From Methanothermobacter thermautotrophicus str. Delta H (GTDB lineage Archaea; Methanobacteriota; Methanobacteria; Methanobacteriales; Methanothermobacteraceae): DNA of 32,000 bases. The stretch covers positions 300,001 to 332,000 of the forward strand of contig NC_000916.1 of the NCBI RefSeq assembly GCF_000008645.1, in the 5' to 3' direction. The position numbers and the translations under genes are program-made. The first letter of the stretch is position 1. Each line of letters opens with the position of its first letter. Under the pieces are notes generated by a model. The model had not been told where the DNA came from, did no database searches, and saw only the letters and a list, made by a program, of their open reading frames with translations. Shown one piece after another: positions 8,608 through 16,631 of the stretch.

Positions 8608-9825
8608 ATGAGGATTGGACTCATATTACCATCCCTTGATGATAGTGGAGTCGCCAGGGCCGCTGCCAGTCTATCATCTCTTCTATCAGAGCACCATGAG
8701 GTGCACGTGATCACAGTTTACAGACATGAACCCCTGCAGGAGTGGAGTGGCAGTTTCCATGTCCTGGACGTCCCCCCTGCCTCTCCAGGGGATGAACTAC
8801 CCCGGAGGCTTGGACTTTTCATAAGGAGGATACTTGCACTGCGACGCATCAAGGCTGAACTTGAACTTGATGTCTCGGTATCCTTCTCAGAGGCCCTCAG
8901 CATACAGAACATATTCACAGCCGGCTCTGACAGACCGGTTGTAAGTCATCACACTGTACTCTCAAGGAATGAGAACCTTGACGATATCTATGGGAGGGGT
9001 GTGAAGGCCCTCGTGAGGCTCACCTATCCCAGGGCGGCTGGAATAATCTGTGTATCCATGGAGTCGGCCACTGACCTCACTGATGCCTACGGTATCGACC
9101 CCCGGCAGGTAGCGGTGATACCAAACCATATAGACGTCGATGCCATTGAGGGGGCTGCTGTTCTACCGGCAAGGTGGAATGATGTGTTCACCGCACCTGT
9201 GATCCTGACCGCTGGAAGGTTGACACATGCCAAGGGCCAGTGGCACCTTATCAGGGTGTTCGCCAGGCTAAAAGAACTCATACCCGACCTCAAACTGGTC
9301 ATAATGGGTGATGGGGACCTGAGGGAGTACCTGCAGGGACTATCAGAGGACCTTGGTCTTAAAACCTTCACCGGTGGCGAGCCAGGTGAATATGACGTTT
9401 ACTTTGCTGGATTCCAGAGGAACCCCTATGGTTTCATGGCACATTCAGACCTCTTTGTCCTGCCATCACTGAGGGAGGCACTCCCGCTTGCCCTGATGGA
9501 GGCCATGGCCCTGGGGACGCCTGTTGCAGCCGCAGACTGTGGGGGTCCAAGGGAGATACTTGCCCCCAGTTCAGATCCATCATTCAAAACCGAGAAGACG
9601 GAATTCGCAGATTACGGGGTCCTTCTACCTCCCTTTGATGGTGAAATGAGGGCTGCAGATGATGAACTGTGCAGGGAGGAAAGGTTATGGGTCGATACAC
9701 TCCACGAGATCATCACAGACAGGAAGGTCCTTGACTCATACTCTGAGCGGGCCAGGGAGAGGGCCTCCAGTTCAGCCCTGATGCCATCAGGAGGAGGTGG
9801 CTTGATTTCCTTGATGCCGTGGTAG
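8608..9825 (+). CDS. Glycosyltransferase family 4/GT-B type
   Basis: RIGLILPSLDDSGVARAAASL, VILTAGRLTHAKGQWHLI, LFVLPSLREALPLALMEAMALGTPVAAADCGG. The C-terminus may be altered by a frame change near 9780; the alternative frame ends at 9836. Confidence 0.88.
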   Translation: MRIGLILPSLDDSGVARAAASLSSLLSEHHEVHVITVYRHEPLQEWSGSFHVLDVPPASPGDELPRRLGLFIRRILALRRIKAELELDVSVSFSEALSIQNIFTAGSDRPVVSHHTVLSRNENLDDIYGRGVKALVRLTYPRAAGIICVSMESATDLTDAYGIDPRQVAVIPNHIDVDAIEGAAVLPARWNDVFTAPVILTAGRLTHAKGQWHLIRVFARLKELIPDLKLVIMGDGDLREYLQGLSEDLGLKTFTGGEPGEYDVYFAGFQRNPYGFMAHSDLFVLPSLREALPLALMEAMALGTPVAAADCGGPREILAPSSDPSFKTEKTEFADYGVLLPPFDGEMRAADDELCREERLWVDTLHEIITDRKVLDSYSERARERASSSALMPSGGGGLISLMPW

Positions 9826-9856
9826 ATCAGGGATAAAATGTTTGATGGGATGGATA

Positions 9857-10872
9857 TCAGCCTTTGCCGGTGGCGTCGGGGCTCATCCCGGTGACCTCCA
9901 GGATCAGACGCCTCCACTTCTCCCCGATAACCTGGGGGGACCTGGTTTTCAGTACATGGGCCCTCAGGTTCTCACCCCATTCACGAACCAACGAAGGATC
10001 TTCAATAGTTTTTACGAGTTTTTTGATCATGTCTTCTTCGCTTTCTGCTATTATACCATGGACTCCATCCTCGAGTTCCTCGAATTCACTTTTAAACTTG
10101 GCTATTGGGACTGACAGGTAGCCTGCCTCCATTGCAGCATATCCAAGTTCAATCATTTCATATCCAAGGATTATCATGTCTGCTGATTTGAGATAGCATA
10201 AGAAGTCGTCGCGGTAAGCCATCATTTTAATATGGGGATTGTCTGTTTCTACGGGAGTGCCAAAAACTAAAAGTTGAATTTTTCTATCTGTTCTTTTATT
10301 CACCTCTGTAATTATCCTTGAAAGTCTCTCCATCCCTTTAATTAGTGATCCTCCTACACTAACATATGTTACAAGGGTGAAATCGTCAAATGATAAATTT
10401 TTGCAGTTGGCCACTTTCTTGTCTACGTCTGCTGTTATGAAAGCATTTGGTATGACAACACCATTAATTCCATTTTTTTCTAGTTTTATCCTAGCAATTG
10501 CAGTAACACGACTATAAATCAGTGGGATGAATATCAGCCTGTGCAGTATCCAGTTTATTATCCTGAAGATGTAGTGGAAGTTCCCCCTGGGGTTCATCCT
10601 GAGGGCGGTTATTGCCTCATCCATAACCCAGCCATGTACCGTGAGGATTGCGGGCACCCCGCTTCTGCGGATCATCATAAGCCCCCGATGATGAGGGGCC
10701 CATGGACGTGTATGAGGTCATAGTCCCTGAGGTTGACCCTGTCAAGTTCTGATGCATGGACTGTTTCGGTGCTGGCTCCAAGCATCCTGTAAACGGTTTC
10801 CTGAGATTTAACAGCCCTCATGACACCACCCCCGGTGGATGGGTCGAAGGGTATTATCATCATTATCTTCAT
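9857..10872 (-). pseudogene. Glycosyltransferase (GT4-like) split into two overlapping frames
   Basis: The N-terminal piece MKIMMIIPFDPSTGGGVMRAV...LIHVHGPLIIGGL (10872 to 10675) joins directly onto MMIRRSGVPAILTVHGWVMDEAI...VTYVSVGGSLIKGMERL (10678 to 9857) if one base is restored at about 10680. Confidence 0.75.
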
Positions 10873-11028
10873 AAACTCCCTCGCTTTCAGTTTCCTGAAC
10901 AAAGTGTCTGATTACATGATTTTCCAGGTGTTCCACTGGGGGATCCTATTGTTTCTGCCGGTTAATCTAATTTGTGATGCAAGTTCTTTCCTGCATCCAT
11001 GATCCTCTCATGATCTTATCCTCTGTTC

Positions 11029-12258
11029 ATGATGTTCTTGCGTTTTTTTGTCTGGCAGATGGATGGATCTATATATGGCCTTTGCCATAATGTGATTGAT
11101 CAATCCATGAATGCGAAACTGGAGGCCTGTTTCATGTTAACACGTTTACTCAAGTTTATCAACTGGATTTTACCAAAGGACGATGGGCTGGCTGTATTTG
11201 ACAGTGTACCTGATTTTTCAGGAAACAGCCAGGCTCTGTTTGAATTCATGAGGGACATGGGTGAACCTGAAGCGGTATGGATCGTTGAAGAGCCCCTCGA
11301 CATTGAGGGTGTGAGACAGGAGAGGAGACACTCGCTGAGGGCCCTCCTCACCATTTTACGTGCTGGTTCCCTGGTCTCCACACACGGGAGGATGAGTGAG
11401 ATCCGTGTAAGGCGACAGAAGTATGTTAACCTCTGGCATGGAATGCCCCTGAAGGCCATGGGCTACGCTGAAACCGGCGGAAGGGAGTTTAAGGAACCCG
11501 TAAGGTTCGATGATGAGAACTACTACCTCATCGCAACTTCCACCATAATGAGGAATGCCATGGCGGCATGCTTCAACCAGGACGCCCGCAGGATACACAT
11601 AACAGGTCAGCCAAGGAACGATAAACTCTTCAGATCAGATGGAAGGATCCCTGAGATTACAGGTATTGATACCGGTTCCTACAGCAAGGTGGTGCTCTTC
11701 GCACCAACATTCAGGGCATCAGATTACATAAGTGATGGAAGACTCATATCCCACCACCTCAATCTCCCTGACTTTGATGCCGAGGCCTTCTCAGGGTTCC
11801 TGAAGGAAAAGAACATACTTTTCCTTGTGAAGTTCCATCCACTCGAAGAGGAGGAGGCAAGAAGATTCTTCAGTGAAATGGACAACGTGGTGCTGATAGG
11901 TAGCGATGACCTTGCAGAGAGATACATGGACCTCTATGACGTCCTCCCGGGGGTTGATGTCCTTGTAACCGATTACTCATCGGTCTACTTTGACTTTCTG
12001 CTCCTTGACAGGCCTGTGATCTTTGCTGTCCCTGACCTGGAGGAGTACCGGAGGGTCAGAGGTTTTGTCCTGGAGCCCTTCGAGTTCTGGGCCCCGGGTC
12101 CCCGTGTTGAAACCTTCAGTGATTTCCTGGAGGAACTTGAAAGGTGTCTTGAGGATGATGACTATTACAGGAGAGAGAGGAGGATCGTGAACAGCCTCGT
12201 GAACCAGCAGCAGGATGGGGAGTCATCCAGGAGAGTCTATGAACTGGTCTGGGGATGA
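11029..12258 (+). CDS. CDP-glycerol:poly(glycerophosphate) glycerophosphotransferase-like protein (TagF/TagB family), copy B
   Basis: YVNLWHGMPLKAMGY, ITGQPRNDKL, DVLVTDYSSVYFDFLLLDRPVIF, as in copy A. The N-terminal start is uncertain and several in-frame ATGs are available. Confidence 0.82.
   Translation: MMFLRFFVWQMDGSIYGLCHNVIDQSMNAKLEACFMLTRLLKFINWILPKDDGLAVFDSVPDFSGNSQALFEFMRDMGEPEAVWIVEEPLDIEGVRQERRHSLRALLTILRAGSLVSTHGRMSEIRVRRQKYVNLWHGMPLKAMGYAETGGREFKEPVRFDDENYYLIATSTIMRNAMAACFNQDARRIHITGQPRNDKLFRSDGRIPEITGIDTGSYSKVVLFAPTFRASDYISDGRLISHHLNLPDFDAEAFSGFLKEKNILFLVKFHPLEEEEARRFFSEMDNVVLIGSDDLAERYMDLYDVLPGVDVLVTDYSSVYFDFLLLDRPVIFAVPDLEEYRRVRGFVLEPFEFWAPGPRVETFSDFLEELERCLEDDDYYRRERRIVNSLVNQQQDGESSRRVYELVWG
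11512..11628 (+). repeat. Conserved block 1, second copy (matches 7927..8043)
   Basis: 115 of 117 identical by eye. Confidence 0.9.
11949..12255 (+). repeat. Conserved block 2, second copy (matches 8295..8601)
   Basis: Roughly 97% identical by eye. Confidence 0.9.
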
Positions 12259-12344
12259 AAAATAGGAAATGCATGTAATTTTATTTTTTTATAGAGTCTT
12301 GCTGGCACCCCTCCTTTTCTCTGACAGTTCTCTGTGGGAGTCAT

Positions 12345-13601
12345 CTACCAGAGGTCATGTTTTTTGATCCCGTAGACCCTTATTGCCAGGACTATGGTTT
12401 CGGTTATTATCACGAGACATGCAACGATGTATATGTTCATGAATGCCGATACTGCAAGGAGCATTATCAGGTGCACAATTGAACCTATTATCACGCTGCC
12501 GTTGGCGTACCTCTGCTGTCCAAGAACGGCGAGGAAGGGGTAGCCCAGGGAGTATCGAGGGGATTACCACCATGAGGGCCACGGCAAGTAACCTTAGGAC
12601 GTTGACACTTGGCATGTACTGCGGGCCAAAGAGTATTCCTATTATGGTGGGCGCGAAGAGGATTATCCCGCCACAGAGGATGGTGTTGAGGGATGAGGGA
12701 CTAGCGCAGGACCTTCTTGTGGAATGCCCTGTTAATGTGTCTTGGCCATATAGGGATATGTTACTGCTATCAGGGGGCTGTAGAGGCCCTGAGCAGCAGT
12801 GTAGAGTTCTTCAGCAGACCGAGTAGTACCCACTGCTGTGTTACCCGCGAATAAACCCAGGAAGAATGAGTTACTGCCGGTGTAGATCGAAACAGAGACC
12901 CTTGACAGGAAGAACTGGGTGCTGTCCCTGAAGGTCTCGTAAACCGTCCTCAGGGGTGGTAGATGGAACCTTACATTGAAGCGGGTCCTTATAATCCACT
13001 GAGAAATCACACCGGCGGTCAGGGTCCCCATGGACTGGAGAAGGGGTACGTAGAGGTAATCGGACGGACGTCTTATGAATATGAATATGGCTGCAAGGAA
13101 TATGAGGTTCGTGAGGACATTAAGGACGGTTATGTACTTCATCCGCTCCATGCCCTGATAGAACCAGGTCGGGAAGATCACATTCCCGATAACAAGTCCA
13201 AATGCAAAGGTATAGACCTGCCAGTTAACCGAGAAACGGGGGATGTTAAGGATGACGAGCAGGAGTATGCAGAAACTCAGGGTTGCAAGGATCCCCTTGA
13301 TTAACATGACGGAACTGAATATCTCGGATACACGGTGCGGGTCCTCCCTGTTCACCGATATCTCCCTCACAGCAGAAAGGTTGAAACCGTAATCGGTGAT
13401 GATGATGAAGTAGGTGTTGAATGCGATGGCAAAGTTCACAAGGCCATAGTTGTAGACACCCAGAACCCTGGTGAGGTACGGGAGGGTGATGAAGGGTATT
13501 ATGTAGACAAGCACCTGGAGGGTTGAAAGTGAGAGGAAGTTCTCGGCGAGAACCCTGTACTCCTCTGACCTGATAAGTCCCATGAGATCCCGGATACTCA
13601 T
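12345..13601 (-). pseudogene. Degenerate polysaccharide flippase (RfbX/Wzx-like)
   Basis: The 289-aa N-terminal ORF (LAENFLSLSTLQVLVYIIPFITLPYLTRVLGVYNYGLVNFA) ends at TYPYMAKTH*. Homologous sequence continues downstream in other frames: NRAFHKKVLR*, then [48 protein letters not shown], then [67 protein letters not shown]. Confidence 0.85.
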
Positions 13602-13621
13602 CGAAATAAACTCCTGATTAC

Positions 13622-14587
13622 CTAAAATTCGGGTCTGGATATCCTCTCCTGGAATTCCCTTATGTAGAGGTTGACGTTTTCAGGTTCCTGCATGGTCTGG
13701 TATACCATTTCAAGGACCGGCAGCTCAAGACCCTCTGTCAGCTCCCTTATGGCCCTTATGGACCTGAGGCTCTCTATGGTTATGGTGGAGTCCTCGCTGA
13801 GTCTCATCTTCTTACCCAGCATGAGCCCCAGGGTGCGGTTACGGCTCTTATCGGTTGTTGATGTGAGGAGAAAGTCTCCAAATCCACAGAACCTGTCATG
13901 GAGTTCACCGTACCCCATCTCATTGAGTATCAGGTTCATCTCCCTGAAGCATAGGGTCAGGAGGGAGTGGCGGTGATTCTCGCCTGTTATCTGTCCGTCG
14001 AGTATACCCATGGCCACGGCGTAGACGTTCTTGAGTATCCCGCAGAATTCAACACCCTCAACGTTCTCTGAGTGGTCGAGGATTATGCGGGGAGACTTCA
14101 GAAGCCCTGCAATTTCCCTCGCATATCTGGTGCTGGCACCCACTGTTATCCCGGACGTCATGCCCCTTATGAGTTCGTCGGCGAAGTTGGGACCGGATAT
14201 GCTGAATACTGTCCTGGACCCTGTTTCCTCCCTTATAACAGAGCTCATGGTTTTGAGGCCTGGGTGCTCTATTCCCTTTATACAGGATACTATCTTCTTA
14301 TCCTCAAGGCTGCTGTTCATTGACCTTACGATGCTCCTGAGGTTCCCTGATGGCACGGCCATGAATACGTACTCGGATTCCTCCAGCACGGAACCGTCCA
14401 TGAGTGTCGCCTCTATGTTATCCCTCAGTTTCACTCCAGGATGATAAGCGCTGTTTTCGCGCGTCCTGTTGATGTTCTCCACAACTTCGGATCTCCGGGC
14501 CATGAGGCGGACCATCTCAGCATTCCATGATAGGACCTGTGCTATCGCTGTTCCGAAGCTCCCTGCTCCAATGACCGTGACCATCAT
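13622..14587 (-). CDS. gpsA: NAD(P)-dependent sn-glycerol-3-phosphate dehydrogenase, bacterial GpsA type
   Basis: VTVIGAGSFGTAIAQVL, VFMAVPSGNLRSIV, CIKGIEH, SGPNFADELIRGMTSG, CGILKNVYAVAMGILDG and GFGDFLLTSTTDKSRN are GpsA signature motifs. Confidence 0.9.
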   Translation of the reverse strand: MMVTVIGAGSFGTAIAQVLSWNAEMVRLMARRSEVVENINRTRENSAYHPGVKLRDNIEATLMDGSVLEESEYVFMAVPSGNLRSIVRSMNSSLEDKKIVSCIKGIEHPGLKTMSSVIREETGSRTVFSISGPNFADELIRGMTSGITVGASTRYAREIAGLLKSPRIILDHSENVEGVEFCGILKNVYAVAMGILDGQITGENHRHSLLTLCFREMNLILNEMGYGELHDRFCGFGDFLLTSTTDKSRNRTLGLMLGKKMRLSEDSTITIESLRSIRAIRELTEGLELPVLEMVYQTMQEPENVNLYIREFQERISRPEF

Positions 14588-15279
14588 TTATGGTTCTCCA
14601 TGAAATATTTTCTGGCTTCCACGAGGTCCTCAGGGAAGTCCACCTCTATGCAGAACCTTTCGCCTATGTTGAGTGGTCTGAAGGTTTCCCCTTTCTCTAT
14701 GAGAATTTCAACTCCCCTCTCAAAGTAGTCCTGATCCTGGCATTCCCTGAGGGCATTCCTCAGCATGGGAATGGTTTCTCTGGAGACCTGATTTATTCCC
14801 ACAGCCTCCCCGAGGGGGTCCGTGACATTCTTGGACAGTTCCCTTATGAATCCCTGACTGTCGAGGCTGTATTTAACCTCTTCCTCCCCCACCTTCTTGT
14901 TGTCAACGCAGATGAGGTTTTCGCCCGGCTTCTCACCTATCATTTTGAGGATGGATGGGTCGAAGACCACGTCCCCGTTCATCCAGATCACATCCTCATC
15001 CATGTCCTCCAGCCCTATTAGAAGGCTTTTGGAGGTGTTTGTTTCGCTGTAGCGATGGTTGTAGACGAATTCAAGGTCGGGGTACCTCTCCTCTATGAGA
15101 TGGCCCCTGTAGCCCAGCACGACCCTCACGTTTTCTGTTGACGTTATCTGTGCTATATTTTCGAGCTGTTGATCCATTATCGTTTTTCCATCTCCGAGTT
15201 CCACGAGTGCCTTGGGTATTCCATGCCCAAGTCTGCTTCCGGTTCCTGCAGCAAGAATAATAACCCTAATAAGAATCAC
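14584..15279 (-). CDS. Nucleotidyltransferase of the sugar/choline/polyol-phosphate (LicC-like) type, candidate cytidylyltransferase
   Basis: VIILAAGTGSRLGHGIPKALVELG N-terminal signature, VVLGYRGHLIEE, MNGDVVFDPSIL and CVDNKK. It overlaps the gpsA start by 4 bp in the same orientation. Confidence 0.8.
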   Translation of the reverse strand: MILIRVIILAAGTGSRLGHGIPKALVELGDGKTIMDQQLENIAQITSTENVRVVLGYRGHLIEERYPDLEFVYNHRYSETNTSKSLLIGLEDMDEDVIWMNGDVVFDPSILKMIGEKPGENLICVDNKKVGEEEVKYSLDSQGFIRELSKNVTDPLGEAVGINQVSRETIPMLRNALRECQDQDYFERGVEILIEKGETFRPLNIGERFCIEVDFPEDLVEARKYFMENHK

Positions 15280-15376
15280 CTTTAAATGTAGATAAGAACA
15301 ATTCTAGACCAGATTTATGTTGCATACTATTTAATTGTAATTGGTAACCGGGCCCCGGAAAAGGAGGTTTATAGGA

Positions 15377-16528
15377 TTGAGGATACTTCATGTAACACCA
15401 TACTTCAAACCCTCATGGGAGGCAGGTGGTCCTCCCCGTTCAGTCTATGACCTGGCATCGAGGCAGGTGTCTGCTGGACATGAGGTCACGGTCTACACAA
15501 CAGATGGGTTCAAGAGGCGACTTGACGTCGAGGTTAACAGGCCCCTCGATGTTGATGGCATAAGGACCTACTATTTCAGGAACCTTTCAATGTACCTGGC
15601 AGGGAATATGAACCTCCCGGTACCACTTAAACTCCCCTATGTTGCCTGGAGGGAGATCCGGGAATTTGATGTTGTTCATATCCATGAGCACAGAACCTTC
15701 CTTGCAGCCGTTGTAGCCACACTGGCATCACGTGCAGGTGTACCCTACATTGTACAGCCCCACGGCTCCGTCCCGACCATGTCGAGGGCTACCCTCAAGG
15801 AAGTATTCGATTTCATTGCAGGTAACCGGATAATGTACGGGGCGTCCCGGATAGTAGCAACATCCACTGTGGAGTCAGGTTTCTACCGGAAGGTTTACCC
15901 TAAACTCGACGCTGAGGCCATAGTGAAGGTACCTAACCCGGTCGATATCCCTCACAGACCATCCAGGGGGCTCTTCAGGAAGAAATGGGGTCTTGAAGAT
16001 GCGCGGATCATACTCTACCTGGGCAGGATCCATGAAAGAAAGGGTCTCGACATACTCCTCAGGGCCTTCAGGGACATGGATGAAGACACAGTTCTGGTCA
16101 TAACGGGACCTGATGACCACTACCTGGAAAGGCTCATGGGCCTCATAGATGAACTGGGAATCGGTGAAAGGGTTCTCCTGACAGGTCCCCTCTATGAAAT
16201 GGATAAACTTGAGGCCTATGTGGACGCCGATGTGTTTGTGCTGCCATCGGCATCAAAGTATGAATCCTTTGGGAACTCCGCTGCAGAGGCCATTGCCTGC
16301 GGCACCCCGGTTGTCGTAACTTCAAGTTGCGGGATATCTGAGTGGATGGATCCCGGTGATGGCATCATAGCGAGGCCCTCAGCCAGGGACCTGAGGGATG
16401 CCATAATCAGGGTCCTGAAGGAACGCGACTCCTTCAATCCATCGGCAGAGAAGTTCGACCCTGAATCAATATCAGAGACATTTGAGGACATTTACCTGGA
16501 GGTCACCCATAAGGCTTCCAGACACTGA
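15377..16528 (+). CDS. Glycosyltransferase family 4
   Basis: TTG start gives MRILHVTPYFKPSWEAGGPPRSVYDLASRQ after an AAGGAGG ribosome-binding site. IILYLGRIHERKGLDILL and VLPSASKYESFGNSAAEAIACGTPVVVTSSCG. The ORF track starts at 15341. Confidence 0.9.
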   Translation: MRILHVTPYFKPSWEAGGPPRSVYDLASRQVSAGHEVTVYTTDGFKRRLDVEVNRPLDVDGIRTYYFRNLSMYLAGNMNLPVPLKLPYVAWREIREFDVVHIHEHRTFLAAVVATLASRAGVPYIVQPHGSVPTMSRATLKEVFDFIAGNRIMYGASRIVATSTVESGFYRKVYPKLDAEAIVKVPNPVDIPHRPSRGLFRKKWGLEDARIILYLGRIHERKGLDILLRAFRDMDEDTVLVITGPDDHYLERLMGLIDELGIGERVLLTGPLYEMDKLEAYVDADVFVLPSASKYESFGNSAAEAIACGTPVVVTSSCGISEWMDPGDGIIARPSARDLRDAIIRVLKERDSFNPSAEKFDPESISETFEDIYLEVTHKASRH

Positions 16529-16631
16529 AACCGGTTGGAGCACCTATGCAGAGGTTTATATGGGTCCAGCCAATTAATGATATGCAGTGATGGAAGTTGA
16601 TTGAAGTTATTTGGTGCAAGGGGTATCGATC

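Noticed and set aside
9612-9917. 101-aa minus-strand ORF overlapping the GT4 C-terminus
   Set aside because: No recognisable motif, and it overlaps coding sequence of a well supported GT.
12355-12615. 86-aa ORF as an independent small gene
   Set aside because: Its first residues are flippase sequence and the rest is a frame-shifted reading of the flippase C-terminus; it is a fragment of the pseudogene.
12708-12714. In-frame TAG in the flippase as a possible pyrrolysine codon
   Set aside because: It is flanked by frame changes on both sides, there is no Pyl-related gene in the window, and flippases are not pyrrolysine proteins. Decay explains it better.
15345-15355. CCGGGCCCCGG near-palindrome upstream of the GT4 at 15377
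   Set aside because: Only 5-bp arms and a simple GC composition; too short to claim as an operator without conservation.
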